Positions 36,900-45,103 of a DNA stretch of 64,000 bases are shown here, piece by piece (the stretch's first letter is position 1; each line of letters begins with the position of its first letter). The translations under genes and the position numbers were made by a program. Under the pieces are notes generated by a model. That model was given only the letters and a program-made list of their open reading frames with translations, did no database searches and had not been told where the DNA came from. This DNA comes from Candidatus Bathyarchaeia archaeon (GTDB taxonomy: Archaea; Thermoproteota; Bathyarchaeia; Bathyarchaeales; Bathycorpusculaceae): contig JBEKBM010000009.1 in assembly GCA_050015395.1 (NCBI GenBank), forward strand, positions 1-64,000. Reading direction: 5' to 3'.

Positions 36900-39200
36900 T
36901 TATAGGAGGGTTTTTTGGTGCTGCCCTTTAACGGCGTCGTATACTTTTTTGGTTGTGTAGCCTGAGAAGCTTAACAGATTAGCGGTTGAAGCATAAAGCA
37001 GTAGCAGGTATTTTTTCGCGTCTGGGTTTACGCCTTTCTCGATAAGCTGCAAAGCTTTTACTCTACGGTCATACCGCTTAGCTTCAGAGTTAGTAAAAAG
37101 GAATTTCACGTTGTTGCCCGCATGAACTTCCACACCTTGCTTAATTAGTTGCTGAGCTACGATGACTTGGCTAACATGCTGTTTATAGTTTTTCGGCTGT
37201 TTAGACAGATGCTTAGTAACTATTAAGTCACATACGGGAACTTCGCCATTAAGTAACCGTTGCCTGTAAGCTTTTAAAACTTTTAATGCCTCAGGAATTT
37301 TCCGGTGAAGTTCCACTGAATTATTCGCTGAGGCTAATAAGTTGATCATTTCGGTTTGGGCATCAAAAATGAACCTTGGAGTATCCCTACGCCGCACTTC
37401 TAAGCCCCTAATTTTAACCTTACCGTTCTCCATGACTCCGAAATAACGGTTTAAAACACTAATACGCGGATGCAGTTTGGAAGGCAGAAAAGCTACCCAT
37501 TTGTAGCGTCCCTCAAAGTTTATGGGAACACCTATTTCCTTAGTAATTACTCGGCATAAGGCAGTGTATTCCTCTATGGTTGCTTCTTTCTTTTTGAGCC
37601 ACAACGAATCGACAATACCGTGAACAACCTCAAAACCTTGATCTTCAGCAATGTGCGCTGCCTTAAGAAAAGCTTCTCTGCCAAAAGCGCAAACGCCAAT
37701 GTGGCCGTCAACGGTGCCGAATTTTGAGTTTTTGAAGCCTAAGTAGCCGAAGCATGTGACTAAAATCCATTTTAACGCTGTCTGACGCTTATCGTACGCT
37801 TGTTTTAGCTGTTTGTCGCCTGTTTCGTCTCTTAGGCGTTTGTAATGCAGTCGTTTGGTTAAGGCTAAATTGATAGTTTTAGGCACTATTCCAACCCGTT
37901 TTGTACAGATATGATAATTCAATTCTGGAATCCGCAGCGGCGAATCAGGGCAGCATTTGCAAAGCACTGTTTCAGCTGAAATGTTGTTTTTAGCCATTAG
38001 GCTTGGATACATGGAAGAAAAGTCTAATTCTCCTATCGAATCGTGTACTCCTAGGCGGGGCTCAAAAATTAAGCCTCCACGGTCGCCAACGAGCAAGTCA
38101 AGGGCTGATTTGAAGGCTTCGGGAATCCTTTTGTTTCGGGGCACTAGGATGTCGTCTTTTATGGCTTGGTAGAGCTGCATTGAAGACATGCTTGAGCCTA
38201 TCGAGAATCGTGCAGCCGTGTGTAAAGGTACTCTACAGGTTCGCGCTATCTCAATGAAGCCTTCGAAACCTGCTTCTTTTATGATGAAGGTGTTGTTTTC
38301 GTCGATGTGTATTCTTCCATACAACCGCACGGTGCCTGCCCTGTAAAATGTGCGACCATAGGAAAAGTAGGTGTTGCCCGCTGAAATTTTACGGTTAAAA
38401 GGCTTGTTATCTCTGCTTAAGAGGAACTTGTCTAAAACGTTGTTTACGGTTGCTCTGTAGATTAAGTAGGGTAAAAGGTACGAGTCGCCAGCGGTTGTTA
38501 AGATTATGTCAGGGTCTAACTCGTTTATTGCGTAAACAAGCTGTAGCAGCTTTGTGGCTTCGTCACCATAATCAATGGCAATCTCCTCTTTGCCCTCTTG
38601 CTTTAAACATATTTTATTGATGGCATCATCAAAATTAGCAATAATCCCCCTCTTAGCAACTTCCACTTCAAGCTTTATTACCTGCAATTTAGGAATAACG
38701 TAGTCGGTGCTTTCAACCGAATCCAAAAGCGTGTAATCCAAGCCTGATTTTGTCGCTTTTAACTCCACAAATGCAAGCGGAAACAAGTCACGGCTAAAAA
38801 GGTATGAACGATCATTCTGCATGTCGCAATTGTGAATTTCATAACGCAAGAAATCTCCGATTCTTAAAATTTCAAGCGTTAAAGAAGGAATTTGCCTGCA
38901 ATCCTTAACAGTTATTTCCAGTACCCTTGACTTTTCAGTATCCGTGGCTTGAGCGTATTTTTGCACGAACTTTAATGAAGCGATTTTTTGATTGCGAAAT
39001 AGTCGGCTGATTAAGCGTTCAAGGTCGTCTTGTTTGCCCGAGACGTAAATGCAGGGTTGAAACGGGTCAGTGAACCTGATTCTTTCGCCTTTTTCGCTTA
39101 TCACCCAAACCGCGACTTTGCCAGGGTCAGAAGGGTAAACATCAAGTAGCCATCCTTTAACGCAATTAGGAGCCGCCGTGCTGCTTTTGCTTGAGGTCAT
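36900..39200 (-). CDS. polB2: family B DNA polymerase, PolB2 group
   Basis: GWLLDVYP, DRGG, LDFSSMYPS, ALKWILVTCFGY, altered motif C VHGIVDSLW. Confidence 0.92.
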   Translation of the reverse strand: MTSSKSSTAAPNCVKGWLLDVYPSDPGKVAVWVISEKGERIRFTDPFQPCIYVSGKQDDLERLISRLFRNQKIASLKFVQKYAQATDTEKSRVLEITVKDCRQIPSLTLEILRIGDFLRYEIHNCDMQNDRSYLFSRDLFPLAFVELKATKSGLDYTLLDSVESTDYVIPKLQVIKLEVEVAKRGIIANFDDAINKICLKQEGKEEIAIDYGDEATKLLQLVYAINELDPDIILTTAGDSYLLPYLIYRATVNNVLDKFLLSRDNKPFNRKISAGNTYFSYGRTFYRAGTVRLYGRIHIDENNTFIIKEAGFEGFIEIARTCRVPLHTAARFSIGSSMSSMQLYQAIKDDILVPRNKRIPEAFKSALDLLVGDRGGLIFEPRLGVHDSIGELDFSSMYPSLMAKNNISAETVLCKCCPDSPLRIPELNYHICTKRVGIVPKTINLALTKRLHYKRLRDETGDKQLKQAYDKRQTALKWILVTCFGYLGFKNSKFGTVDGHIGVCAFGREAFLKAAHIAEDQGFEVVHGIVDSLWLKKKEATIEEYTALCRVITKEIGVPINFEGRYKWVAFLPSKLHPRISVLNRYFGVMENGKVKIRGLEVRRRDTPRFIFDAQTEMINLLASANNSVELHRKIPEALKVLKAYRQRLLNGEVPVCDLIVTKHLSKQPKNYKQHVSQVIVAQQLIKQGVEVHAGNNVKFLFTNSEAKRYDRRVKALQLIEKGVNPDAKKYLLLLYASTANLLSFSGYTTKKVYDAVKGQHQKTLL

Positions 39201-39438
39201 CTAATTCCTTCTGCAGCCGTTGCAAGCGGATTTGCTGTGAGACCAGCATTGACATTATCATTGGTTCAAAAGGTAACGGTTGAGTGGCGTTGCTTCCTGC
39301 CGACGCGTAGCTTCTGCATGCATCTATCAGTATGTCGAAGGCTTCTCTGTCTTCTTTGCGGAGTGCTTTTGCGAAACCGTTCCAGCGGCGTATTTCGTCT
39401 TCAATTGCCATGCGGTATGATTCAACTGTTTTACCCAC
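39166..39438 (-). CDS. PolB2-associated small helical protein (arCOG07300-like)
   Basis: MGKTVESYR...F.KALR.EDREAFD; conserved position just upstream of polB2. Confidence 0.85.
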   Translation of the reverse strand: MGKTVESYRMAIEDEIRRWNGFAKALRKEDREAFDILIDACRSYASAGSNATQPLPFEPMIMSMLVSQQIRLQRLQKELDDLKQKQHGGS

Positions 39439-39439
39439 G

Positions 39440-40159
39440 TCAAGCGCCCATGAAGTCAGTTAGTGTCAGGTTTTCGGATGGAAGTTCAGCGGTGCCTAAA
39501 ACGAAAAATGGATGCTTCTCTAATGTTACTTCTCGTGTGTAGGTGGTTTTGCTGAAGGATAATACCGTGTTTGCTTTTGCGCAGGTTATTTCTTGAAGTA
39601 AACTGTTTCTTCGGCTGTCAGAGTAGGGAAGGTAAGTTGCGATTAGGACTATTTGGTGTTTTTTTGCAAAGCTTGAAAGGTAACTGATGATTTGGCTGTA
39701 GACTCTTCGGGCTTCTTCATGTGGAACGTCATTGTCTAAAAACAACCCTGCTATGTCTGAAATAACTACGAGTTTGGCATCGCAGTTTTTTATGGTTTCT
39801 TCAAGTTTATCGAGTATAAGAGAAGTTAACTGGTAAGCTGTGAATGCTCTTGAAATAAAGATGCGTTCAAGCACTTGCCTTGGGTTAAGCTGGTGAAGTT
39901 GGGCTAAACGGGCGATTTTGTAGAGTCTAAACGTGTTTCCGCCGTCAATAAAGACAACGCTGCTTCCTAAGCCGCCGAGCTGCACTGGCAACTGCGCTCT
40001 TATGCAGAGTAGAGAAGTTAATGAAATAACTGATGGTGACCCATAAAGCACGGCGAAGTCGCCTGGCGCAAATCCTGGAAAAAGCTCGTCTACATCTGGC
40101 ATGTTTAAAGAAAATAGTGGTTGAGCCATGGTAGGTTTGACAATTAAATTTTGAGACAT
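39440..40159 (-). CDS. inactivated RadA-like protein of the PolB2 operon
   Basis: VVFIDGGNTF, ISRAFTAYQL, LVVISD; Walker A GKT absent. Confidence 0.88.
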   Translation of the reverse strand: MSQNLIVKPTMAQPLFSLNMPDVDELFPGFAPGDFAVLYGSPSVISLTSLLCIRAQLPVQLGGLGSSVVFIDGGNTFRLYKIARLAQLHQLNPRQVLERIFISRAFTAYQLTSLILDKLEETIKNCDAKLVVISDIAGLFLDNDVPHEEARRVYSQIISYLSSFAKKHQIVLIATYLPYSDSRRNSLLQEITCAKANTVLSFSKTTYTREVTLEKHPFFVLGTAELPSENLTLTDFMGA

Positions 40160-40280
40160 TCTATTTTGCTCTCCCTGTTCATAGACGAAGCAACAAGTAC
40201 GCTTCTAACCCTTTTTAAATCATCGTAGAAACGACATTGCGGAACAGGGGAGGGTAGAGTGAAAGTGAAAAGCGTAAGTT

Positions 40281-40487
40281 TTAGGCAGTAGGCTTGGTTT
40301 CTTTTTGTTGCCTTAGAATTTGGGTTGCCAATGTCATTAGGAAGATTATCGAGAACACTATTACCGCTATGCCTACCTTGTACATGATGTTTATGCCAAC
40401 ATAGAAAAGCCCAAAAACAGCCACAATCATTAACGCTAAAATAAACACTTCTTGAACACCACTAAAGACTTTTGTTCCAAAACTCAA
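40281..40487 (-). CDS. small two-TM membrane protein
   Basis: Two hydrophobic helices; GGTGA upstream. Confidence 0.6.
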   Translation of the reverse strand: MSFGTKVFSGVQEVFILALMIVAVFGLFYVGINIMYKVGIAVIVFSIIFLMTLATQILRQQKETKPTA

Positions 40488-40735
40488 TTTACGTCACCAA
40501 TGTTTCCTAAACCACTGCACATGCGTCTAATATTAATTTTCTGCCATAGTTTCTCAGAAATCCCTGTTAAACTTGCAGGCTGAATTCATTTTGAGTATGC
40601 CGTGAATTGTAATGCACGTAGTATCGGAATGCTTCCGTTTAGTTTCGTTGAAAAAAGCTATCATATCCGCTCGAAAGCTTATATAACAAATGATTCAGAG
40701 TCACTAAAGACAGATGAAAATAACTCCAGCTTTCG

Positions 40736-41659
40736 GTGACCGTAGTGATTGACACAGAAAACCTTACAAAAAAATTCGGAGACCTAACAGCCGTAGACAG
40801 CCTCACACTGCATGTTAACGACGGCGAAGTTTTCGGCTTCCTCGGACCCAACGGTGCAGGAAAAACCACCACCATAAGGATGCTTTGCTGTCTAATATCA
40901 AAGACCAGCGGCTCTGCGAAGATAGGAAATTACGAAGTCGGAAACAGAGCTGATCAACAGAAGATAAGAAGAATGATCGGCCTGCTGACTGAAAATGTCG
41001 GTCTCTACGAGGAACTGAGCGCCTATGATAATCTCGATTTTTACGGTCGATTCTACAAGCTCGACGAACAGAAAAGGAAAGAGCAAATAGAATACTTTCT
41101 CAAGATGCTGGGGCTGTGGGAAAAGAGAAACGAAGCGGCAGGAACGTTTTCCAAGGGGATGAAGCAAAAACTCGCAATAGCCCGCGCCCTCATCCATGAC
41201 CCACAAGTTCTATTCTTGGATGAGCCAACTGCAAGCCTCGATCCCGAAGCTTCTAAGACGGTTAGAGACTTCATCCTCGAGCTGAAAAAGGAGAAAAGAA
41301 CAATCTTCCTTAACACGCATCTTCTGGATGAGGCTGAAAAGATCTGTGACCGGGTAGCGATACTGAAAACTCGACTAATTGCGATAGGCACCCCGCAAGA
41401 GTTGAGGCGTTCGCTATCTGGCAGGAAGATAAAAGTTCAGCTTCAGCGTGTGGATGATGTAATTGTTGAAGCGGTCAAGAAAATCGGATTTCAAATTTCA
41501 GAGATAACCGATAATAGCCTTCTTATCGATGTCAGCGACCCTGAGAAAGAGAATCCAGCAATTTTAAAGGCGATTGAAGCGGCGGGCGGGCACGTGCAAT
41601 TCGTAACAGAGGTCGGGTCAACTCTAGAGGATGTGTACCTGAAACTAGTGAGGGGATGA
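40736..41659 (+). CDS. ABC exporter ATP-binding protein
   Basis: GPNGAGKTT, FSKGMKQK, FLDEPT. Confidence 0.95.
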   Translation: MTVVIDTENLTKKFGDLTAVDSLTLHVNDGEVFGFLGPNGAGKTTTIRMLCCLISKTSGSAKIGNYEVGNRADQQKIRRMIGLLTENVGLYEELSAYDNLDFYGRFYKLDEQKRKEQIEYFLKMLGLWEKRNEAAGTFSKGMKQKLAIARALIHDPQVLFLDEPTASLDPEASKTVRDFILELKKEKRTIFLNTHLLDEAEKICDRVAILKTRLIAIGTPQELRRSLSGRKIKVQLQRVDDVIVEAVKKIGFQISEITDNSLLIDVSDPEKENPAILKAIEAAGGHVQFVTEVGSTLEDVYLKLVRG

Positions 41660-42405
41660 AAAAAATGGATTTGCAAAGCGCTTGGGCAGTTGCCGCAAAA
41701 GACTTCAAGATCTTCAAACGGAAGAGTACAGTCATCTATTTGAGCACTGTTTATCCTCTTGCTGTCGGAATAGCGTTCCCATTGATTGTGCAATATGCAC
41801 TGCACATTGGCAAAGGCCATGGAATAACCGCCTTAACTCTTCCCAGATTCATGGACGCTTTCTCGATATGGTTTCTCATAGGCGCAGCCGTATTTCCCAC
41901 TGCTATAGCCTCCTACAGTTTAGTGGGAGAGAAGATCCAAAAGAGCTTGGAACCGCTTCTGGCAACGCCAATGACCGACGGTGAAATCCTGCTGGGCAAA
42001 ACTATTTCAGGGCTCGTCGTGCCTTTAGGGGCGATCTATGCCGGTTCAGTGATATACATGTCGCTCATGGATTTGGTGACGCAAAGCACACTGGGTTATC
42101 TTTACTATCCTAACTGGCATATTGGGGCGATCTTGCTTGTGGCGCCATTCATATGTCTTGTCAGCGTTGAACTAAATATCATTATCTCATCCAGACTAAA
42201 CGATGTGCGAACAGCACAACAAGCAGGAATGCTGGCCGCATTCCCCTTCTTTGGAATATACATAGCATCTGAGATTGGATTGTTTGCACTCAACGACACG
42301 AATCTACTGATTTTGGCAGGTGTTATCTTAGCAATAGCTGTTGTTCTCTTCTTTGTCAGCAGGGTTACATTCCAGAGGGAGGAAATACTGACTAAGTGGA
42401 AGTAG
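41656..42405 (+). CDS. ABC-2 type permease
   Basis: SLVGEKIQKSLEPLLATP..EILLGK; multiple TMs. Confidence 0.9.
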   Translation: MKKMDLQSAWAVAAKDFKIFKRKSTVIYLSTVYPLAVGIAFPLIVQYALHIGKGHGITALTLPRFMDAFSIWFLIGAAVFPTAIASYSLVGEKIQKSLEPLLATPMTDGEILLGKTISGLVVPLGAIYAGSVIYMSLMDLVTQSTLGYLYYPNWHIGAILLVAPFICLVSVELNIIISSRLNDVRTAQQAGMLAAFPFFGIYIASEIGLFALNDTNLLILAGVILAIAVVLFFVSRVTFQREEILTKWK

Positions 42406-42433
42406 CAAAGTTGGAAGCGCCGGGGGTGGAAGA

Positions 42434-42628
42434 GTGGACTGGAGGATAAAGGGAAGACTTCTCGTGGTGGGCTGCATACTGATTGTTTTAGGGCTTGTCC
42501 TCTTTGTTGCAAGAGGTGTTGCCGCTACGCTCGGATTAGCCGGTGTCGGGGTAGTTTTGCTCATCGTTGGGATTGTTTATAAGCCGAAGCAGAAAAAGGT
42601 GGAAGTAGAAGGAAATGCGGAGAATTGA
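42434..42628 (+). CDS. small membrane protein
   Basis: Two TM helices and a charged tail. Confidence 0.55.
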   Translation: MDWRIKGRLLVVGCILIVLGLVLFVARGVAATLGLAGVGVVLLIVGIVYKPKQKKVEVEGNAEN

Positions 42629-42723
42629 ATTTCAACGTATTTGGGCAAATTAGTTTATGCTTAAATAAATAAACCGTAGAAAATGAAAATAAACCCGAAA
42701 ACATCCAGCAGCCGCGAAGGTAA

Positions 42724-43725
42724 ATGGCAGATAAAGAAAACTCTATGGCGGACGAGAACAAACCCAGTTTGACCATGGAAAACCTGAATCAAAAAATCAT
42801 CATCTCAGTTGATCGGCTGAGCAAACGGTACGGTTCTTTGATGGCTGTGGATGATGTTTCTTTCTCTATTGCTGAGGGCGAGATTTTCGGCATCATCGGC
42901 CCAAACGGCGCAGGCAAAACCACGACGGTTGAATGCATCTCTGGGCTGAGGGCTCCAGAGTCAGGCTCCACGGCAGTTTACGGGTTAAGCCCACGGCAGA
43001 ACCGCGATAAACTGCGAAGAATCGTTGGGGTTCAGCTTCAGGAGAGTTCCCTGCCTCCCCGCATCAAGGTTCAGGAGGCTCTTGACTTGTTTGCGTCTTT
43101 CTACCCAGACCCACTTGATCCAAATGAGTTACTGGAGTCGCTTGGAATCAGCGAAAAACGCAACGCTCAATTCAAGAAACTGTCCGGAGGACAAAAGCAG
43201 AGGCTTTCAATCGCGCTGGCACTTGTTGGGAATCCAAAGATTGCCATTTTGGATGAATTAACCACGGGACTTGACCCTGAAGCCCGACGTGAAACCTGGG
43301 GGCTTATCGAGCGTATCAGGGATCGCGGCGTAACAGTGATCCTTGTAACTCACTACATGGATGAAGCCGAAAGACTCTGCGACCGAGTAGCGTTGATAAA
43401 TCATGGGAAACTAATTGCTCTCGACACTCCTGCAGCCCTTGCGACCAATGAGGGCGGCGGTGTTCGCATGCAGTTTGTGCCTTCAGGATCTGTGGATGAC
43501 AAGGTTCTAGCTGCCTTGCCAGGTGTAACTTCGGTTGAGCGCAGGGGAAGCCGGGTCATTGTTGCTGGCTCAGGCGACTTGACTACCCGAGTACTTTATG
43601 CGCTACTAAAGATTGGCGTGAATGCGTCGGATGTTCAGGTGAAAAGCGGCAATCTGGAAGACGCCTTCGTCAAACTTACAAAGACAGACGATAAAACCAT
43701 AAAAGTCGAGGCGGGCAAGCAATGA
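42724..43725 (+). CDS. ABC exporter ATP-binding protein
   Basis: GPNGAGKTT, LSGGQKQR, ILDELTTGLD; start may be a downstream ATG. Confidence 0.95.
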   Translation: MADKENSMADENKPSLTMENLNQKIIISVDRLSKRYGSLMAVDDVSFSIAEGEIFGIIGPNGAGKTTTVECISGLRAPESGSTAVYGLSPRQNRDKLRRIVGVQLQESSLPPRIKVQEALDLFASFYPDPLDPNELLESLGISEKRNAQFKKLSGGQKQRLSIALALVGNPKIAILDELTTGLDPEARRETWGLIERIRDRGVTVILVTHYMDEAERLCDRVALINHGKLIALDTPAALATNEGGGVRMQFVPSGSVDDKVLAALPGVTSVERRGSRVIVAGSGDLTTRVLYALLKIGVNASDVQVKSGNLEDAFVKLTKTDDKTIKVEAGKQ

Positions 43726-44498
43726 GTACTCAAGATTCTGAAGTCACGATTCAAAGATCCCGCAAGGCTTTCTGGGAACTTGTCAAGGTCGAGGGGAAAC
43801 TCGCGTTGAGAGAGCCAGTCGGCGTAATATTCGGCATAGGGCTTCCAGTATTCTTGCTAATTATATTCGGCAGCATTCCTGCGTTCAGAAATACTGTTCC
43901 GGGCACGTCGTTATCCGCCTTCGAGGTTTACATCCCGATTCTTATGGTAACTATGCTGATATTTATCGGACTATTTGGTTTGCCCATTCCAATAGTGCGT
44001 GACCGTGAGATTGGTTGGCTAAGGCGAATCTCCACCACACCCGTGTCGCCGACCAAGCTGTTGACTGCACAGGTGACAATCAATCTTATTTTTGCAGCAG
44101 TAGCCTTCGCAATACTTGGCGCTGGAAGTGTCTTAATCTTCGGGGTAAAGGTAGCGTTTGAGATTCCTGGACTCGCTCTCTCAATAGTGCTGGCAACGAT
44201 TGCAATGTTTTCTTTAGGGTTACTTATTGCTGCGGTCGCACCGTCCCAGGGGGTTGCTGTAGGTATGGCGCAAGGGCTTCTATATCCGCTGTTATTCTTC
44301 GCGGGAATTTACATTCCCATCCAGTTCCTCCCGGGCTACCTGCAAACAATAGGCAATTTTACTCCAGTTGGAGCAGCAGTTCAGGCTCTTGATAGTTCCA
44401 TGCAGGGAACATTTCCTTCTGTTGTACCGCTGCTCGTGATGGCTGCTTATGCGGTTTTCTTTGGCTTTATCGCCATTCGTTATTTTCGCTGGGAATAA
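43722..44498 (+). CDS. ABC-2 type permease
   Basis: REIGWLRRISTTP, FFAGIYIP, RYFRWE. Confidence 0.92.
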   Translation: MSTQDSEVTIQRSRKAFWELVKVEGKLALREPVGVIFGIGLPVFLLIIFGSIPAFRNTVPGTSLSAFEVYIPILMVTMLIFIGLFGLPIPIVRDREIGWLRRISTTPVSPTKLLTAQVTINLIFAAVAFAILGAGSVLIFGVKVAFEIPGLALSIVLATIAMFSLGLLIAAVAPSQGVAVGMAQGLLYPLLFFAGIYIPIQFLPGYLQTIGNFTPVGAAVQALDSSMQGTFPSVVPLLVMAAYAVFFGFIAIRYFRWE

Positions 44499-44547
44499 TG
44501 TGCATCAAAAAGTGAGGAAAGAATTGAGAGCGTTACTACGTCAGGAA

Positions 44548-44752
44548 GAGTTAGTGAGGTGCATGCTGCAAACGATTGTTGGTCTTACGCTTACGCCATG
44601 ATTATTTACATTGCAAGCGAGATAGGCCTGATAACACTCAACGCAGAGAAACTGCTGATCATCTCCAGCGCCATTCCGGCTGCTGATTTGCTCTATTCTT
44701 CTTCAGCGTAGCCACTTTCCGCAGGGAGGAGACACTGACAAAATGGAAGTAA
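44548..44752 (+). pseudogene. decayed 3' fragment of an ABC permease similar to 41656-42405
   Basis: IYIASEIGLITLNAEKLLI and, after a frameshift, TFRREETLTKWK* versus IYIASEIGLFALNDTNLLI...TFQREEILTKWK*. Confidence 0.85.
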
Positions 44753-45103
44753 ATGAGCAACAGGCGTTTTCATACTCATTGCCCCTCAACAATCTTCAAT
44801 TGGGGGTTTTTCAGCGGTTACCTGTAAGGGGATAGAATCTTTTTATTAATAAATTTCTCTAGTAAAAAGTATACCCCCTCCCCCTAGCCGGGAGCATTTT
44901 ACACGATTGTTTGAGTGTAAAATAAGGGTTCCCTTTTGATTATTCACTGGTTTCACAGTGAACTGACGTCTTACAAGAGAAAACAAGATGATTTTACAAT
45001 GTAAAAGTATAAACTCAGACCAAATGCTATAAGCTTTTATACGTATGTTGATGAGATGTTAAAATAATATAATATACACGCTTCCTGTGAGGATAAAGGC
45101 TAA

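Noticed and set aside
35161-37088. Diversity-generating retroelement TR/VR pair
   Set aside because: No reverse transcriptase in the window, mismatches are not adenine-specific, and there is an 18-bp deletion
36900-39200. Casposon or viral polymerase
   Set aside because: No cas1, terminal inverted repeats or capsid genes; the HGIVDS motif and iRadA/small-protein neighbours match the known cellular PolB2 operon
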